IMG/VR virus record: IMGVR_UViG_3300027770_000026
Coordinates: 62,001 to 126,000 of that record
DNA length: 64,000 nucleotides
Direction: 5' to 3' (one strand)
This document shows positions 41,806-50,090 of this stretch, one piece after another; position 1 is the first letter of the stretch, and the number at the start of each line of letters is the position of its first letter. The translations under genes and the position numbers were made by a program. Below the pieces are notes generated by a model, which did no database searches, had not been told where the DNA came from, and saw only the letters and a list, made by a program, of their open reading frames with translations.

Positions 41806-42651
41806 TTATTTTGTAAATCTCGATGCACGGCGTCGTGCTGCTTCTGCTTCACGTGGGGTTAGCATGCTCAGATAAAGGTCCCACGCAGTTTCATCTGACG
41901 GGAATCCTGTTTCACCGCGCCAATTTTTATTTTTATTAAAATATATTATGCGTTCTGCTTTTAGGAAAGGTGTACGCACATCTGCAATTTGTACATACAT
42001 TAAGCTTGCTAGCACATCTTGTGCTATAATATCTTCTAGTTTGCCTCTGAATTCAGGTGGAGTTCCAGCCCAATCTTCGTGTCCATGATCTTCAAGATAA
42101 TCCACTGCATCTCGCGGAGATAACTGTAATAGTGTGGGCTCTAGTTCGGGAATATGGCGCGTGACCACGAACCTTGCAAAGCGCGAAGCAAATACAGGAT
42201 CCTGTTTAATTAATTCAAATTCACGACTGTTCTTGGGCCATATGAGGTCTTTACCGTTGCCTTCATATCTAACGGATAAAGGCATTTGGTTTACTTGATC
42301 AAGAATATTGCGTAATGTTTCTTTTGGTCCAGGATATACTGCGGTACTGCGTAATAATTGCTGTATAAGGTTGAGTAATTCCTTGCTGGCACTTTTACAT
42401 AATCGTGTAATATGATATACTTCCTCAACCGATTCGGCATAACGATGTCGATTATTAATTAATTTAGTTAGAACTCTAAAAGTATTTTCCACAAGAAGTA
42501 TTAGGTCGTTGTCATGTGGCCCTCTTATTAATTTATTTTGTAGTGCGTTTGTCTGCATACTAAGTTGATTTTTAATATAGGGCAGCAGATTCATGCGCTC
42601 TTTATAGCCACTTAATTTAGAGGGTGTATCGTGATAGTCGTATAGTCGCAT
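41806..42651 (-). CDS. helical-repeat protein, LYxYH array member 3
   Basis: MRLYDYHDTPSKLSGY; IWP, QDPVFA, HIPELE. Confidence 0.8.
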   Translation of the reverse strand: MRLYDYHDTPSKLSGYKERMNLLPYIKNQLSMQTNALQNKLIRGPHDNDLILLVENTFRVLTKLINNRHRYAESVEEVYHITRLCKSASKELLNLIQQLLRSTAVYPGPKETLRNILDQVNQMPLSVRYEGNGKDLIWPKNSREFELIKQDPVFASRFARFVVTRHIPELEPTLLQLSPRDAVDYLEDHGHEDWAGTPPEFRGKLEDIIAQDVLASLMYVQIADVRTPFLKAERIIYFNKNKNWRGETGFPSDETAWDLYLSMLTPREAEAARRRASRFTK

Positions 42652-43406
42652 TAGTTTTGATGCTCGCGCTTGTTATCAATTTGTCGCATTCTCAGCGTCA
42701 AATCATCCGCGTCACTGGGATTCTTCATGCCTTTGGCTATTTCTCCCACTGCCCATCTGATCAATGCCCCACTGTTTGGATCTGCAGCATATTCTTGCAT
42801 TAGTAATTCCTCGCCCTCGGCCCAACGTTTTTTAATCATAGCTAGGAATACTGCTGTTGCCGTTACGTCTGACAACATGCGTTCACGCGCACGTTCCCAA
42901 AAACTTGCAGGCGTTTGGTTGTATTTCTTTCCTTCAAATTGTGCAGCATACAATGCAATATCCATTGCAGGAGCTGTGAGAATCCGCTCGTTGTATTGTG
43001 AATCCAATGGCAAATCAACTATGCGTTCCGCGTATTTCATACGATCTGATATGGTTCCGTCTTGATCAATTCTGTTGCGCATGTCAACATTAACGCCAAA
43101 CTTTTCCATGTATCTTATCAGATTTGTTAAATCCCGTGCATTGGCTGCTGCAAATTTTTCTTCGTTTCCGTATAACGGGGCACCTTGATACATGAAGGCA
43201 AATTCTGCAGCAAGATCAGGATCTTGCGTTATTGTTTTTCTATAATGACGCAGTGCCTGTTCATGATCGCCGGTAAGTTTGCGACTTGAACTTGCCGACG
43301 GGACCAAGGAGCGCAATCGCTGATATGCTATCGCAGGTATTTCACTTTGATAGTCATCGCCTACTAAGTGCGGGCCAGTATAATAATTGTATAGATTTAA
43401 AGGCAT
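42651..43406 (-). CDS. helical-repeat protein, LYxYH array member 2
   Basis: TAAATA 4 nt before MPLNLYNYYTGPHLVG; QDPDLA, KRWAEGE. Confidence 0.8.
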   Translation of the reverse strand: MPLNLYNYYTGPHLVGDDYQSEIPAIAYQRLRSLVPSASSSRKLTGDHEQALRHYRKTITQDPDLAAEFAFMYQGAPLYGNEEKFAAANARDLTNLIRYMEKFGVNVDMRNRIDQDGTISDRMKYAERIVDLPLDSQYNERILTAPAMDIALYAAQFEGKKYNQTPASFWERARERMLSDVTATAVFLAMIKKRWAEGEELLMQEYAADPNSGALIRWAVGEIAKGMKNPSDADDLTLRMRQIDNKREHQN

Positions 43407-43436
43407 GCAGTATTTAGCTGCAGGTTGGGATATGGG

Positions 43437-44168
43437 TTAGTCTCCCGGTACGTAACCCCACTTCTTAGCAGCTTCCGTACGTTCAGGAAAATCTGCTAGG
43501 TATGTTCTAACATAGTTGGCTTTTACTAATGTGCGCTCGCCTTCGGGCCAAGGTGCTTTGACCACACGCTGAATATAGGTCAGTGTAGGGTATCCCATTC
43601 TGAGGATAGTGGGTTCTGCTGCAGGCCAACGTTTACCCATTATCTGAGCGTAGAAAACCAAAAACTTGTTTTTATATTTTAGTTCGTCGTGTGTTCTTTC
43701 GGGTAAATCTAGTAGAATTTTTTCCAAGTCTGGCCAGGATTTTAAACCCACTTGCTGCATATAGAACATGGTATGATGCAGGGTGTCTGAATCGATATTA
43801 CTTTTTATTATTTTCTGTATTGCTAATTTTTCAAATTCTGGCCAATGACCTTTAAAAAATTGATGTACGTATGGTGCTAACTGTTGAATTTCAACATCTA
43901 AATCCTTATGCAATATTGCATGTTCAATTGCAGGCGATCGTTTATTGGCAATTGCAGTAGCATAAAACAATGCTTGACCAACATCGCCGGCAGCAGCCAG
44001 AGCTTTTTGCAGATATTCATCTTGCTGCTCGTATGCTTCTTCAGGAAAATCATCAGGATCTAATTCTCCCCCGTAGTATGACGCAAGAGTACGAAGCTGC
44101 GCACGGTCTGAACCAATTAGCTGCTTGGGATCATTATGATATCCCCATAAGTTCATACTTAAACTCAT
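43437..44168 (-). CDS. helical-repeat protein, LYxYH array member 1
   Basis: MNLWGYHNDPKQLIG; five Y...(R/H/S/P)(W/S)PxxE repeats. Confidence 0.8.
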   Translation of the reverse strand: MSLSMNLWGYHNDPKQLIGSDRAQLRTLASYYGGELDPDDFPEEAYEQQDEYLQKALAAAGDVGQALFYATAIANKRSPAIEHAILHKDLDVEIQQLAPYVHQFFKGHWPEFEKLAIQKIIKSNIDSDTLHHTMFYMQQVGLKSWPDLEKILLDLPERTHDELKYKNKFLVFYAQIMGKRWPAAEPTILRMGYPTLTYIQRVVKAPWPEGERTLVKANYVRTYLADFPERTEAAKKWGYVPGD

Positions 44169-45100
44169 GACTCATCCAGTTCCCATGGACCGTAGTTTTT
44201 AGTCTTAACCATCCATTTAAGTGCAGCAGTTCTGTCGTATTTGCGATACTGCCCTGGGTCGTTGGCATTTACTTTGCCCAATTCGTAGTACTGTTCCTTG
44301 CGCATCACAATGTTTCTGCCATTACTGGTATCAAGTACAACATCGCCTACTTCATTCCAAGCATGCTCATGGCGCACACCTTCGATGCCACCCTGTCCGG
44401 TAACCATAGCGTGTACTAGCACTAGCCCCGGTATCTCATCGCGTATTACGTTCTTACCCGCAGCCTTAAAGCAATCGCCTAGTTCTTTGGCCTCACGTAG
44501 TTTCTTCTTACGCATTAGCAGTGCAGGATATCCATCACGGTTCACTTTGCTACCAAACTTAGCGGCTTCAATGGAGGTTTGATTTAATCCCACATCCTGT
44601 GTAACATTCTGCGGAGTAATACGTCCCACACCTTCGTTAACCATGCGCTTAAACAATGGTCCACGCTTTAAAGCTCGTGTACGCTCCAGGTACATACCCT
44701 GGTTCAGTGCTTCAATTATCTTGGGAGTTAGGTCACGATTACGTATGTCGTCCCTAAAGAACAGGTGTGTCTCTATAGGTATATTGCCTTCTAGCTCTTG
44801 CACAATCTGCATGCGATTACGACCTTCGTGGCTCACTACTTGTGCGGGCTCGGAATAGTCGCTGGAATCAAACCAAGCTACGGGTATTTGTATAATAAGG
44901 AAAGGTGCGCCAATTGCAGCACCGTCCTCGATAGCTTTTTCTACGTGTGTGTTTCTGTTGTCACGCGGCAAAAATGCAGCAAGGTCTAGAAATACAGATG
45001 GCTTCATTAGCACACGAAGACCGCGGTAGTCTACTTCTTGGTTATAGGGCGTTGCGCCCAGACCCTTACGGTTGTCAATTGTTACTTCGCTGATCTTCAT
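44165..45100 (-). CDS. capsid-tagged polyprotein: ParB/Srx-like domain, short module, transglutaminase/papain-like domain
   Basis: MKISEV; HEGRNR; VNE|GVGRI; LRE|...GDCF...HAW.E...VLD. Confidence 0.6.
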   Translation of the reverse strand: MKISEVTIDNRKGLGATPYNQEVDYRGLRVLMKPSVFLDLAAFLPRDNRNTHVEKAIEDGAAIGAPFLIIQIPVAWFDSSDYSEPAQVVSHEGRNRMQIVQELEGNIPIETHLFFRDDIRNRDLTPKIIEALNQGMYLERTRALKRGPLFKRMVNEGVGRITPQNVTQDVGLNQTSIEAAKFGSKVNRDGYPALLMRKKKLREAKELGDCFKAAGKNVIRDEIPGLVLVHAMVTGQGGIEGVRHEHAWNEVGDVVLDTSNGRNIVMRKEQYYELGKVNANDPGQYRKYDRTAALKWMVKTKNYGPWELDES

Positions 45101-45720
45101 TACAATTCCTCGGCAAACCAGGGATCAATTACTACCAGTGTGCCGTCTCTGCGCCGCATGACGTTTTCTGTGTGCAAGTCCCAGCCTAAATTATTTAGCA
45201 ATCCGGTGTTGTATAACAGTTGCAGTAGAACATACAGCACATGATACTTTTCCCAAGCACGTGGCTTAATACGTCTGATACTGTTTATTATTTCAGGATT
45301 GTCATACGTAGCCCATTCTGCGGAATCCTGCAGCTTGTGGTGTACCTGCGCCCACTTTATGTCCTTGCGAGCGTATTCACTCAGCTGCCATACTACAGCT
45401 TCTTGTGTGCTGCCCTTGCGCACGGGATATAGTCGTTCCATTGCGATACGGTGATAGTGTATGCCATTGTGTATAAATGGTTCATGATGTTTGCCGCTGG
45501 GTAGTGTATGGAATCTTGGTAGATTTTCAATATCACTGTTACGTTGGCAAAAGTGATAGAACTTCTTAAAGGTGCGTACAGCATGGCTTAGTTTACCTTC
45601 GGGCATGAGTATTTTAATCACATGCTCGCTGCTACTGGTCCACACGCTAGCGTCTGCGCCATGCCCAAGCTTTTTATAGCCCTGACGATGCAGATCATGC
45701 TCTAGATCTTCTAATATCAT
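45100..45720 (-). CDS. Ser/Thr protein kinase-like protein
   Basis: LGHGADASVW, VIKI, MERL, DLHTENVM, VIDP. Confidence 0.85.
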   Translation of the reverse strand: MILEDLEHDLHRQGYKKLGHGADASVWTSSSEHVIKILMPEGKLSHAVRTFKKFYHFCQRNSDIENLPRFHTLPSGKHHEPFIHNGIHYHRIAMERLYPVRKGSTQEAVVWQLSEYARKDIKWAQVHHKLQDSAEWATYDNPEIINSIRRIKPRAWEKYHVLYVLLQLLYNTGLLNNLGWDLHTENVMRRRDGTLVVIDPWFAEEL

Positions 45721-46982
45721 TTGGGCAATTTAACGGGAGTTTGTTTACGAGTCATTAGTGCAGCAAGATCGCTGCGATTAATGTAGCCAATTCTATACTG
45801 TTCCATTGGCGGTAAATCTCGCATAGATTTAAATTTGGCACTTGGTACACTGTATATCAGCTTGTAGACCTTGGTTAGGTATTCTTGTCGATATGCTTGC
45901 GGATCCACAGCAGCTTCTAATGCTACTACCAATCGGTTCACTGTGTCAACGATTTTTTCAACGGGTTCACTAAGCCAATCCCCGCCCGCTGAACGTAGTT
46001 CAATGCGGTCAGACTGAAAGTTAACACTAAGTCTACCAAATATTCGTAGAGCTTTTTGTGCTGCAGCCATATCACCTGTACGTAGTGCATCGGCGATTTC
46101 TAGTTCAGCTGCGGGAGATGCTATTTTACCCGATGCGCGAACACGATTAGCTGCGCTGGGAGCATAGCTATTAAGTTCTCTCTTAAATTGTTTCAGCACA
46201 TATTCATCGCCAAGCAGTGTAATCAACTTGAGATAATCCAGCTTGTCGTAGTTTGGTACGCTGACGTTAATGTGCAGTCCGCAAGTGCGATTGGTTTCTG
46301 CTTTTACTTTATATGCATAAAATTTAACATTATTAATGGCGTCTATAATGTCGTCTACAGCCATGGGATAGCTGACAATCTCCGCACCAATCCATTCTTC
46401 ATTACCGTCGTGGTGTTGCACAGTGCTGTCCGTTTCAAAGGTAAAATGATTGGGTTCACGTGGTCCACCATGTCCATTAAATGGTACAGTGGCATAGCCT
46501 GTTATTTTTGAAAAGCGATCTGCAGCTACTTTTATTTCTTCTAGTGCAGTACTACTAGTGGGATTTTCATAAGGCCAATCCACAATGTGGTCATACCCTT
46601 CATATACTGTCAAAGTATAATCTAGGTCTTCAGCTTCTAGAAAATCTTGCTGTTCATTTTGTACTGCATTACGAATAAATTGTTCGTAGTCATCATCTTC
46701 AATATCCAGTTCTTCTGATAGTGCTACCGCCCAGTCGTGTAGTCTACGTTCAAGCTGGGCGTTCAGTCTCGCAATTGATCCACTGCTATTAACCCCTAAT
46801 TCCCCAAAGAACTCTAGTATTTCGTCAATGCTGGTAACACGACGATTGTAAGTAAAGTCTGGAACAATTACATTATCATCACGTGGAACCAGCATCTCAA
46901 ATTCAATGCCAACTAATGCCTTGCTGCCATAAGCCTGCGCAGCAAGCCGCTGCGAACTCATTTTGATCTCGCTGAGTCTCAT
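45717..46982 (-). CDS. putative amidoligase (COOH-NH2 ligase)
   Basis: GIEFE, ETDST, EIVSYP, TCGLHINVS, IELRSAGG; MRLSEI start. Confidence 0.82.
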   Translation of the reverse strand: MRLSEIKMSSQRLAAQAYGSKALVGIEFEMLVPRDDNVIVPDFTYNRRVTSIDEILEFFGELGVNSSGSIARLNAQLERRLHDWAVALSEELDIEDDDYEQFIRNAVQNEQQDFLEAEDLDYTLTVYEGYDHIVDWPYENPTSSTALEEIKVAADRFSKITGYATVPFNGHGGPREPNHFTFETDSTVQHHDGNEEWIGAEIVSYPMAVDDIIDAINNVKFYAYKVKAETNRTCGLHINVSVPNYDKLDYLKLITLLGDEYVLKQFKRELNSYAPSAANRVRASGKIASPAAELEIADALRTGDMAAAQKALRIFGRLSVNFQSDRIELRSAGGDWLSEPVEKIVDTVNRLVVALEAAVDPQAYRQEYLTKVYKLIYSVPSAKFKSMRDLPPMEQYRIGYINRSDLAALMTRKQTPVKLPK

Positions 46983-48124
46983 TTTTTGTCTAGTTTCAAC
47001 GCAGAACGTGCAATTGCGCTCTTAGCAGTTTCCTCGATTGGTACGCAATTGTTCACACGCACACCATCTTTTACTTTGGTCTTAGGGTTGCCAATCTTTT
47101 TACCTTTCCAGCATTTGGGATCTAGTCGTGTTTTGATTGCTTTCTTTTCCAACAAGTTCTGCTGTTGTTCTGGTGGGCTTTCTTCGTCCCCGCTAGCCCA
47201 CGATATTGGAAAGATACGGCCGAGATTTAATATTTCGTGCCCAACATCATATTCTGTTCCGATGAACTCAGATGCTTTAGACTTTTTCTTAATTTCATCT
47301 GCATTCTTAGCCATTAGTTCCCCTATCTTTTTCATAAGACCGGGAAACAAACTGGCAAACCTTAGATCGTTAATGTCTAGACTATGTCTGTTTTCCTGTT
47401 CCGCATTTACTAACTGACGGGTTGACGCATGCAATTGCCACTTGCCGTTTTTATTCTCAAGATTTGTTTTGTCTGCAATCATGATAATTGGACCGTCAGG
47501 CATGTATCTACGTGACCAAGTTAGTCCGTTGCTACCGCCCGTACAGAAGTTGGCCTGTATGCCTTCAGCATTATTGAACGTATAGCAAGAACCATAGTTG
47601 TAGGGAATCATTATATAGAAACGATCATCGTTCATTAGCACAGTTTCGCTTCTCTCACGCTTGTGCTTTTCAACCATTTCTTGATTCTTAATTTGATCCA
47701 ATTGCGAGCTGTACTTGCGCATGGCTTTTTGTATGTCTTCAATGTTTTTAAATCTATTAAAGTCCTGATCCTTAGGCTCTAGCAAAGACCGTATGTTAAG
47801 TGCATGCCATTTGCCCAGCGTGTCTGCAGCTTCGCCGCTGATGTCTTCCCAGTTTGCATGTCCGTTTGCATACTGGCGTGCAACCCATAGGTCAAACTTA
47901 CCGCCCGACAAGTCACCATAGTTACTGGTGCTCATTACTCGATCCAGCATGTCGCTCCAGGCTTGTACGATTTTCTGTTCACTGGGACGTGGTCCCAACT
48001 TGGCAACTACATAGGGAGGAAGTGTGCCATCTGTATTCCAGTTAATCGCTATGAACTTGGCTAGTCTGGGATCTGCTTTTAGCTTTTCTGCAACGTTTGC
48101 TTCTAGTATTTTTTCTAATCTCAT
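46979..48124 (-). CDS. capsid-tagged FCT-motif (PcfJ-like) protein with C-terminal CWKG...NCVP module
   Basis: MRLEKILE; ANFCTG...Y..DGPI...KWQLH; LLE|...CWKG...VNNCVPIEE. Confidence 0.7.
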   Translation of the reverse strand: MRLEKILEANVAEKLKADPRLAKFIAINWNTDGTLPPYVVAKLGPRPSEQKIVQAWSDMLDRVMSTSNYGDLSGGKFDLWVARQYANGHANWEDISGEAADTLGKWHALNIRSLLEPKDQDFNRFKNIEDIQKAMRKYSSQLDQIKNQEMVEKHKRERSETVLMNDDRFYIMIPYNYGSCYTFNNAEGIQANFCTGGSNGLTWSRRYMPDGPIIMIADKTNLENKNGKWQLHASTRQLVNAEQENRHSLDINDLRFASLFPGLMKKIGELMAKNADEIKKKSKASEFIGTEYDVGHEILNLGRIFPISWASGDEESPPEQQQNLLEKKAIKTRLDPKCWKGKKIGNPKTKVKDGVRVNNCVPIEETAKSAIARSALKLDKK

Positions 48125-48133
48125 AGTATGATC

Positions 48134-49114
48134 CTATTTTACCAACATCATGTAGCGTTTGAAGTAGTAGAGTACTTCAGACAGAATCTTTCCATCGCCG
48201 CCGCTAGCTCTCTCTAGAATTTCACGAAAGTGATCCGCTGCTACGTCAACAGTGACGTTTTCTCCCCATCCACCTAAACGAGCAGTGCTTATATCAAACT
48301 CTCTTACTGCAGTCATGTTAATGGCATAACTCACTGCTTTTCTTACTAGATCAGTTGAATTGGAATCTTCCACACCATTTTCTAGTTGGGACAATACTTT
48401 GTTAATTATCTTTAGTCTGTTTATTATTTTGCTTGCACGTTCATATCCTTTAGCCTTGATAGCAATGCTTAACACACCCGATAGTTCGGCATCTGCTTGT
48501 ATTATAGTTTTCTTTACTATGGGTTTGAATTTGCGTACTATTACATCTTGTGTAATAGTTCCTTTGCTTGTTGTAGCTAATGTGGTGCGAAGTTGTCGTT
48601 TGTTTTGCTGCTTGTCAGTTTCTCGGGCACTGTAAACTTTTTTTATTTTGCCAACAGCAACACGTATCGCTTTTAGCATCTCATCTTTTCGCTCAATTGC
48701 CATATCAATAACATTGTCATTGATATTAACTCTAGAGGAAACAACGTTATCAATTTCTTTTTGCGCACGTTCAATTGCTGTGGTAACTATGCCAGTATCT
48801 GGATCTACATTGTCGGACCCAGTTAACCATGCATTGTTGGACAACACAAGGGTATAGCTGTTGTGTGGGCCGCTGCGGCGTATTGCTGCAACGCCGTTAT
48901 CGCATTTGAATAGCAACCAAGCTCGTAGTGTCTTAAAATCAGCCCAATTGATTTGATTTTTATCGAGGGGAAGGAATTCCAAGTTGTGCGGTGCTGCTTT
49001 TTGTTTGTGTAGATATTTCAACAGTCGATGAACATCTTCGCTACTGCCCAGTGTAGCGGATATTGTGCTAGCTTCGTCTAGTTGTGTGGTAGATACAGTC
49101 ACGCCATACTCCAT
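48134..49114 (-). CDS. hypothetical late protein
   Basis: TAAATA upstream; LDE|A site near the N terminus. Confidence 0.7.
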   Translation of the reverse strand: MEYGVTVSTTQLDEASTISATLGSSEDVHRLLKYLHKQKAAPHNLEFLPLDKNQINWADFKTLRAWLLFKCDNGVAAIRRSGPHNSYTLVLSNNAWLTGSDNVDPDTGIVTTAIERAQKEIDNVVSSRVNINDNVIDMAIERKDEMLKAIRVAVGKIKKVYSARETDKQQNKRQLRTTLATTSKGTITQDVIVRKFKPIVKKTIIQADAELSGVLSIAIKAKGYERASKIINRLKIINKVLSQLENGVEDSNSTDLVRKAVSYAINMTAVREFDISTARLGGWGENVTVDVAADHFREILERASGGDGKILSEVLYYFKRYMMLVK

Positions 49115-49133
49115 AATCGTATAGAGTATTTAG

Positions 49134-50090
49134 CTATTCGTCTAGATCAGTGATGTTCAATCCTAGACGTTTGAGGTCTCGCATGTAGCGATGTTCCTCT
49201 TCCTCACTGCCAAAACTCAGCATGGTTTGCGGCGGGCCTGTACCAAAGTCCTTAGGATCTGCGTCATCTAGATCGTTGATATGTGTGCCCAGCTTGTACC
49301 AGTCGTATACGTCGCGTACACCCACTTTTACTGTACCTTTGGGGAAGGGAATTAAACTATGCTTGTGACTTTCTTCGCCCTCTTCGCCTTGCTCATCGTC
49401 GGCGTCTTCGTTGGTTTGTTCAGCATCGTCTACATCTTTTTTGTACTTTTTGTACAGCTCGCGTCTACGATCCAAATGACTCAACCCTGCATTAATTTTG
49501 CGGGTAGTAGCGGTCATACCTTTCTTTACCGTATTACCTACACGGGACTTCCAATACCATACTGCAATTCGTGCTGCATGTTTAGGTTCTGCTGCTAGGT
49601 CAGGATTGTTTACTAGGTCTAAGCCCAGTGCTTTGCCAGCTTTAGCGTAGTTATAACGTCCAGTTAATTGAATGTAACCTCGGCCGTGGAACAGTTCTCC
49701 ATCCCCGTCTTCTGTGTTGCCCAATAACTTTGCAGTTGTGGGATTGTATTTCTTTTCGTACTTGTGAAAGTGTGGATCATTATCGTTTGGCGTTTCGTGC
49801 ATGCGAGTAAAGCCCATGCTTTCGTGTGCTGTATGTGCTAGAAACTGTGCAAGCTCGTCGCCCGCCATCTTTGCATCAAGTGCTGCACGTAGTATTATGC
49901 GCTCGGGCTGTAGTAGTTCGTGCGCAGAATGAATCACTTGAACAGGGTTAGCACCAAGTTCTTGTTTGTAGTGATCCAATACGCCCTTGCTGATTGCGCC
50001 AATTCCAAATGCTGCAAGTAGAATAGCTCCAATCTTTTCCTTAATCGATGCTTCTTCTAGTGTTTGTTCAGTAAGCTCATGTGCTCGCAT
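49134..50090 (-). CDS. capsid-tagged GH19 lysozyme/chitinase with extra C-terminal module
   Basis: AQFLAHTAHES, FHGRGYIQLTGRYNY, AVWYW, TRKINAG; MRAHELTE. Confidence 0.9.
   Translation of the reverse strand: MRAHELTEQTLEEASIKEKIGAILLAAFGIGAISKGVLDHYKQELGANPVQVIHSAHELLQPERIILRAALDAKMAGDELAQFLAHTAHESMGFTRMHETPNDNDPHFHKYEKKYNPTTAKLLGNTEDGDGELFHGRGYIQLTGRYNYAKAGKALGLDLVNNPDLAAEPKHAARIAVWYWKSRVGNTVKKGMTATTRKINAGLSHLDRRRELYKKYKKDVDDAEQTNEDADDEQGEEGEESHKHSLIPFPKGTVKVGVRDVYDWYKLGTHINDLDDADPKDFGTGPPQTMLSFGSEEEEHRYMRDLKRLGLNITDLDE

Noticed and set aside
37933-44168. Diversity-generating retroelement or CRISPR-like origin of the array
   Set aside because: No reverse transcriptase, no template/variable repeat pair, and no DNA repeat-spacer pattern; similarity is at protein level only
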